In this document: one piece after another, positions 51,384 to 54,605 of the stretch
Layout of the letters: each line of letters starts with the position of its first letter
Numbering within the stretch: the first letter of the stretch is position 1
Sequence record: SRR16203515_1384
Length of the DNA: 54,605 nucleotides
Reading direction: 5' to 3' (one strand)
The notes under the pieces: model-generated
Databases searched by the model: none
What the model saw: only the letters and a program-made list of their open reading frames with translations
Told to the model about the DNA's origin: nothing
Made by a program: the position numbers and the translations under genes

Positions 51384-51432
51384 ATACGTCCTATATGTGA
51401 TCTAAACCCAAGAAAACCAGACGGAGATAAAA

Positions 51433-52179
51433 ATGCAACCCTCAGAGACGACCGTTGATCCAGCAGAAGTTGCAAAATTTGAGGCGATGGCAGCAGAATG
51501 GTGGGATCCCCATGGGAAATTCAAGCCACTTCATATGCTAAACCCATGCCGTTTGGATTATATCACAACGCAAATCGCTGGTGAATTTGATCGTGATCTG
51601 AACGCACCTAATCCGTTTCAGGGGCTGCGCATTTTGGATATTGGGTGCGGTGGCGGGTTATTATGCGAACCCATGGCGCGTCTGGGTGCCACTGTGGTTG
51701 GTGTGGATGCAGCCGCACGAAACATCCCCGTGGCCGAGGCACACGCCCGCCAATCGGGGTTGGACATCGACTATCGTTTTGGAACAGCCGAGGATTTGGC
51801 CGAAAACGGAGAAGTCTCTGATATCGTTCTAAATATGGAAGTTGTCGAACATGTGGCAGATCCGCTTGCCTATTTGACAGCCTGTCAAAAATTACTGCGC
51901 CCTGGTGGATTGATGGTGTGTTCAACGATCAATCGCAATCCCAAAAGCTTTGCAATGGCGATCGTGGGGGCGGAATACGTAATGCGCTGGTTGCCCAAGG
52001 GGACACACGAATGGTCCAAGTTTATCACGCCCGATGAACTCTATACGCTAATCTCAAACGCGGGACTGGAACCCATGGATCGGAAGGGGTTTGTTTTTAA
52101 TCCGATCACTTGGGGCTGGAAATTATCTGATCGCGATCTGTCGGTAAATTACGTAACGGCCAGTATCAAATCTGCCTAA
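51433..52179 (+). CDS. ubiG: Ubiquinone biosynthesis O-methyltransferase
   Basis: [37 protein letters not shown]. Confidence 0.95.
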   Translation: MQPSETTVDPAEVAKFEAMAAEWWDPHGKFKPLHMLNPCRLDYITTQIAGEFDRDLNAPNPFQGLRILDIGCGGGLLCEPMARLGATVVGVDAAARNIPVAEAHARQSGLDIDYRFGTAEDLAENGEVSDIVLNMEVVEHVADPLAYLTACQKLLRPGGLMVCSTINRNPKSFAMAIVGAEYVMRWLPKGTHEWSKFITPDELYTLISNAGLEPMDRKGFVFNPITWGWKLSDRDLSVNYVTASIKSA

Positions 52180-52186
52180 AAAGAAC

Positions 52187-52230
52187 ATCGGTTTCGCGTC
52201 GGTATCGTGTCGGTATAACGTCGGTGCGAA
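52187..52230. repeat. Four imperfect direct repeats with an exact 11-bp period
   Basis: TCGGT at 52188, 52199, 52210 and 52221. Confidence 0.7.
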
Positions 52231-52236
52231 TCTTAC

Positions 52237-52929
52237 TTAATCGTTAACTAACATATACCCCGCACCGCGCACGGTTTGAAGGTAACGCGGTTCTTTTGGG
52301 TTGGCTTCTAATTTACGACGCAGCCGCGTAATTTGAACATCAATCGCGCGGTCTTGGGCTTGGCTGTCATCACGACCCAGTTCGGACACCAACTGCGCGC
52401 GGGACACAGGCTCATTCACGGACCCTGCAAAAATCTTCATCAACTGCTGCTCTGTGCCTGTCAGTCGCACCAGTTGGTCACCCTGCCACAGTTCACCGCG
52501 TGAAATGTCATATCGACAAATCCCCAGGTGCAAAATTGTTGGTGTGACTTGGGAAATTTTTGGTTCGGGCACACGGCGCAGAATGGCATTGATACGCAAC
52601 AACAATTCCTTCGGCTCAAAGGGTTTGGCCAAATAATCATCTGCACCCGCCTCAAGCCCAACAATGCGATCCTCTGTTTCGCCCTTTGCGGTCAGCAATA
52701 AAATGGGCGTCTGACGGGTTTCGCGGATGTGTTTTGTCAGGCTTACACCATCTTCACCTGGAATCATGACGTCCAAAACGATCATGTCGAAATCCAAGCC
52801 GGACAGGATTTTTCGGGCATGCGTGGCATCCCGTGCGGCGCTGACCAAAAATCCATTGCGCAACAAAAATTGCTTTAGAAGCGACCTGATACGTTCATCA
52901 TCATCAACAATAAGAAGGTGCGCGTTCAT
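52237..52929 (-). CDS. petR: OmpR-family response regulator (PetR-like)
   Basis: VDDD, LDVM.PG.DG, GADDYLAKPF, RAIDVQITRLRRKLE, QTVRGAGY. Confidence 0.85.
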   Translation of the reverse strand: MNAHLLIVDDDERIRSLLKQFLLRNGFLVSAARDATHARKILSGLDFDMIVLDVMIPGEDGVSLTKHIRETRQTPILLLTAKGETEDRIVGLEAGADDYLAKPFEPKELLLRINAILRRVPEPKISQVTPTILHLGICRYDISRGELWQGDQLVRLTGTEQQLMKIFAGSVNEPVSRAQLVSELGRDDSQAQDRAIDVQITRLRRKLEANPKEPRYLQTVRGAGYMLVND

Positions 52930-53438
52930 TTATCCATCCCTTCATTGTCGCGCAATTTCCAATAGGCGCGCTTCATCTCTGGGTCCATCATCGCCTCTAA
53001 CACTTGACGAAACCCAGAAACGGCATCCGCACCCACATCGCGATAAGCACTGCGCATGCGCGCGCGTTGGGCGTTTGACAATTCTTGTTCCAGGGATTGT
53101 CCCGTTTCGGTCAAATATAAATGCCGTTCACGACGATCCTTTTGACCAACCTGCACTTCGACCAATCCATCCTCGATCAGGGATCGAAGAACACGGTTCA
53201 GAGATTGTTTGGTAACACCCAAGATATGCAACAGATTATTCACCGTCGTCCCAGGCACACAATTTATAAAGTGGATGGCGCGATGGTGGGCGCGACCGTA
53301 CCCATGTTTGTCCAAAATACGATCTGGATCGGCGGTAAAGCCACGATAGGCGAAAAACATCGCTTCGATCCCCTGACGCAGCTGCTCGTCAGTTAAGAAT
53401 AACAGGGCCTCGCCCGTGGAACGATTAGAGGTCGCCAT
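52926..53438 (-). CDS. petP: MarR-family regulator (PetP-like)
   Basis: LLFLTDEQLRQGIEAMFFAYRGFT.DPD, GRAHHRA, TKQSLNRVL. Confidence 0.85.
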   Translation of the reverse strand: MATSNRSTGEALLFLTDEQLRQGIEAMFFAYRGFTADPDRILDKHGYGRAHHRAIHFINCVPGTTVNNLLHILGVTKQSLNRVLRSLIEDGLVEVQVGQKDRRERHLYLTETGQSLEQELSNAQRARMRSAYRDVGADAVSGFRQVLEAMMDPEMKRAYWKLRDNEGMDK

Positions 53439-53469
53439 ATTCAGCATCCTTTTTACTCAGGTCCATTTT

Positions 53470-53488
53470 ATGTCAGTGTTGTTGACAT
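53470..53488. promoter_or_regulatory. Palindrome ATGTCA-N7-TGACAT overlapping a TTGACA -35 box
   Basis: Lies in the divergent petP/ilvE intergenic region. Confidence 0.55.
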
Positions 53489-53605
53489 TCCAAGTCCGAA
53501 CTGGTAGCGATTCTCAGTTTTTGCGCAATATTATGACCGAAACGGACATAGTTTGTGAAAGATTACGAAAGATTGACCCACAAAATACAGCAAGAGGATG
53601 TGACG

Positions 53606-54475
53606 ATGGCTGGCAGTTATGAAGATCGCGATGGCAAAATTTGGCTTGATGGTCAATTGGTTGAGTGGCGCGATGCGCAGGTCCACATCCTGACGCATGC
53701 AATGCACTATGCCAGCTCTGTGTTTGAAGGCGAGCGTTGTTACGAAGGCAAAATCTTTAAAAGCCGCGAACATTCAGAGCGACTCATCAAATCTGGTCAA
53801 CTGGTTGATTTCGAAATTCCATACACCGTTGATGAGATCGAGGCCGCAAAACAAGCAGCACTTGATGCCAATGGGCTAAAGGATGCCTATGTCCGTGCGG
53901 TTGCATGGCGCGGCGCGGGCAATGATATGGGTGTCGCATCCCGTGGAAACCCCGTTCGTATGGCTGTGGCCGTTTGGGCCTGGGGCAATTATTATGGTGA
54001 CGCCAAAATGAAGGGTGCGAAATTGGACATCGCGAAATGGCGCCGTCCAGATCCCGCAACCGCCCCATCACAAGCCAAGGCAGCAGGTCTATATATGATC
54101 GCAACCATGTCCAAACATGCTGCAGAAGACAAAGGGTGTTCTGACGCCATGATGTTTGATTACCGTGGATATATTGCCGAGGCGACAGGCGCGAACATCT
54201 TTTTCGTAAAAGATGGAGAGGTGCACACGCCAACGCCGGATGCATTCCTTAATGGGATCACCCGTCAAACCGTGATCGACATGCTGAAAGAAAAAGGCAT
54301 CAAGGTAAACGAACGCCACATCATGCCAGAAGAGTTAGAAAGCTTTGAACAATGCTGGCTGACTGGGACAGCAGCCGAGGTGACGCCCGTTGGTCAAATC
54401 GGCGATTATAATTTCGAGGTTGGCGCACTGACCCGCGATATTTCCGAAAGTTATGAAAAGCTGGTTCGCAGCTAA
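53606..54475 (+). CDS. ilvE: Branched-chain amino acid aminotransferase
   Basis: HYASSVFEG.R, AKAAGLY, EATGANIF, LNGITR, TGTAAEVTP. Confidence 0.94.
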   Translation: MAGSYEDRDGKIWLDGQLVEWRDAQVHILTHAMHYASSVFEGERCYEGKIFKSREHSERLIKSGQLVDFEIPYTVDEIEAAKQAALDANGLKDAYVRAVAWRGAGNDMGVASRGNPVRMAVAVWAWGNYYGDAKMKGAKLDIAKWRRPDPATAPSQAKAAGLYMIATMSKHAAEDKGCSDAMMFDYRGYIAEATGANIFFVKDGEVHTPTPDAFLNGITRQTVIDMLKEKGIKVNERHIMPEELESFEQCWLTGTAAEVTPVGQIGDYNFEVGALTRDISESYEKLVRS

Positions 54476-54605
54476 TGTGACCTAGGTTGCAGATGAGCAG
54501 TTTACGCGCAACACAATATCCAGAGTGCGTGATAAATGCAGCAGCGGTTAAGCATACGCCCGTGGGCGGTTAACAGGGCTGAATGAAATGAAGCCCCCGC
54601 CCTTC

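Noticed and set aside
52187-52230. CRISPR or REP-type array
   Set aside because: The 11-bp units are far too short, there are no spacers, and no cas genes are present.

Overview
This is chromosomal backbone of a marine Rhodobacteraceae (Roseobacter-group-like) alphaproteobacterium, roughly 50% GC by eye. In order it carries the start of a homoprotocatechuate (hpa) cluster, the rsfS-rlmH-gpmI-envC-ctpA-rppH operon, leuCD/leuB, an orphan hybrid histidine kinase, pncAB, mepA, a queuosine-precursor transporter, arfB and a split furan/cyclopropane fatty-acid (ufa-like) cluster. It continues with dapF-mtaB-GST genes, tRNA-Lys and tRNA-Cys with small accessory genes, a stand-alone soxEF, carB, aspS, mce, pip, ubiG, petPR and ilvE. 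No integrase, transposase, prophage or CRISPR array was seen. The most interesting signals are non-coding or hidden from the ORF track. (1) A ~180-nt structured RNA at 23820-24000 has a 17-nt complement to the 16S rRNA 3' end, an 18-codon ORF and an internal anti-SD, and lies directly upstream of arfB. (2) A preQ1-I-like pseudoknot that includes the SD sits in front of the queuosine-precursor transporter. (3) Three TGATC(C/T)-N14-T(C/G)CGTA sigmaE-type promoters tie the ufa genes and a CIA30 islet into one putative singlet-oxygen regulon. (4) Several genes appear decayed: an amber in ufaD, an opal in a beta-barrel gene, a frameshifted WGR-like gene, and a LuxR-HTH relic fused antisense into a response regulator. 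(5) rsfS probably starts at CTG. Family assignments come from motif recognition only; no database search was run.
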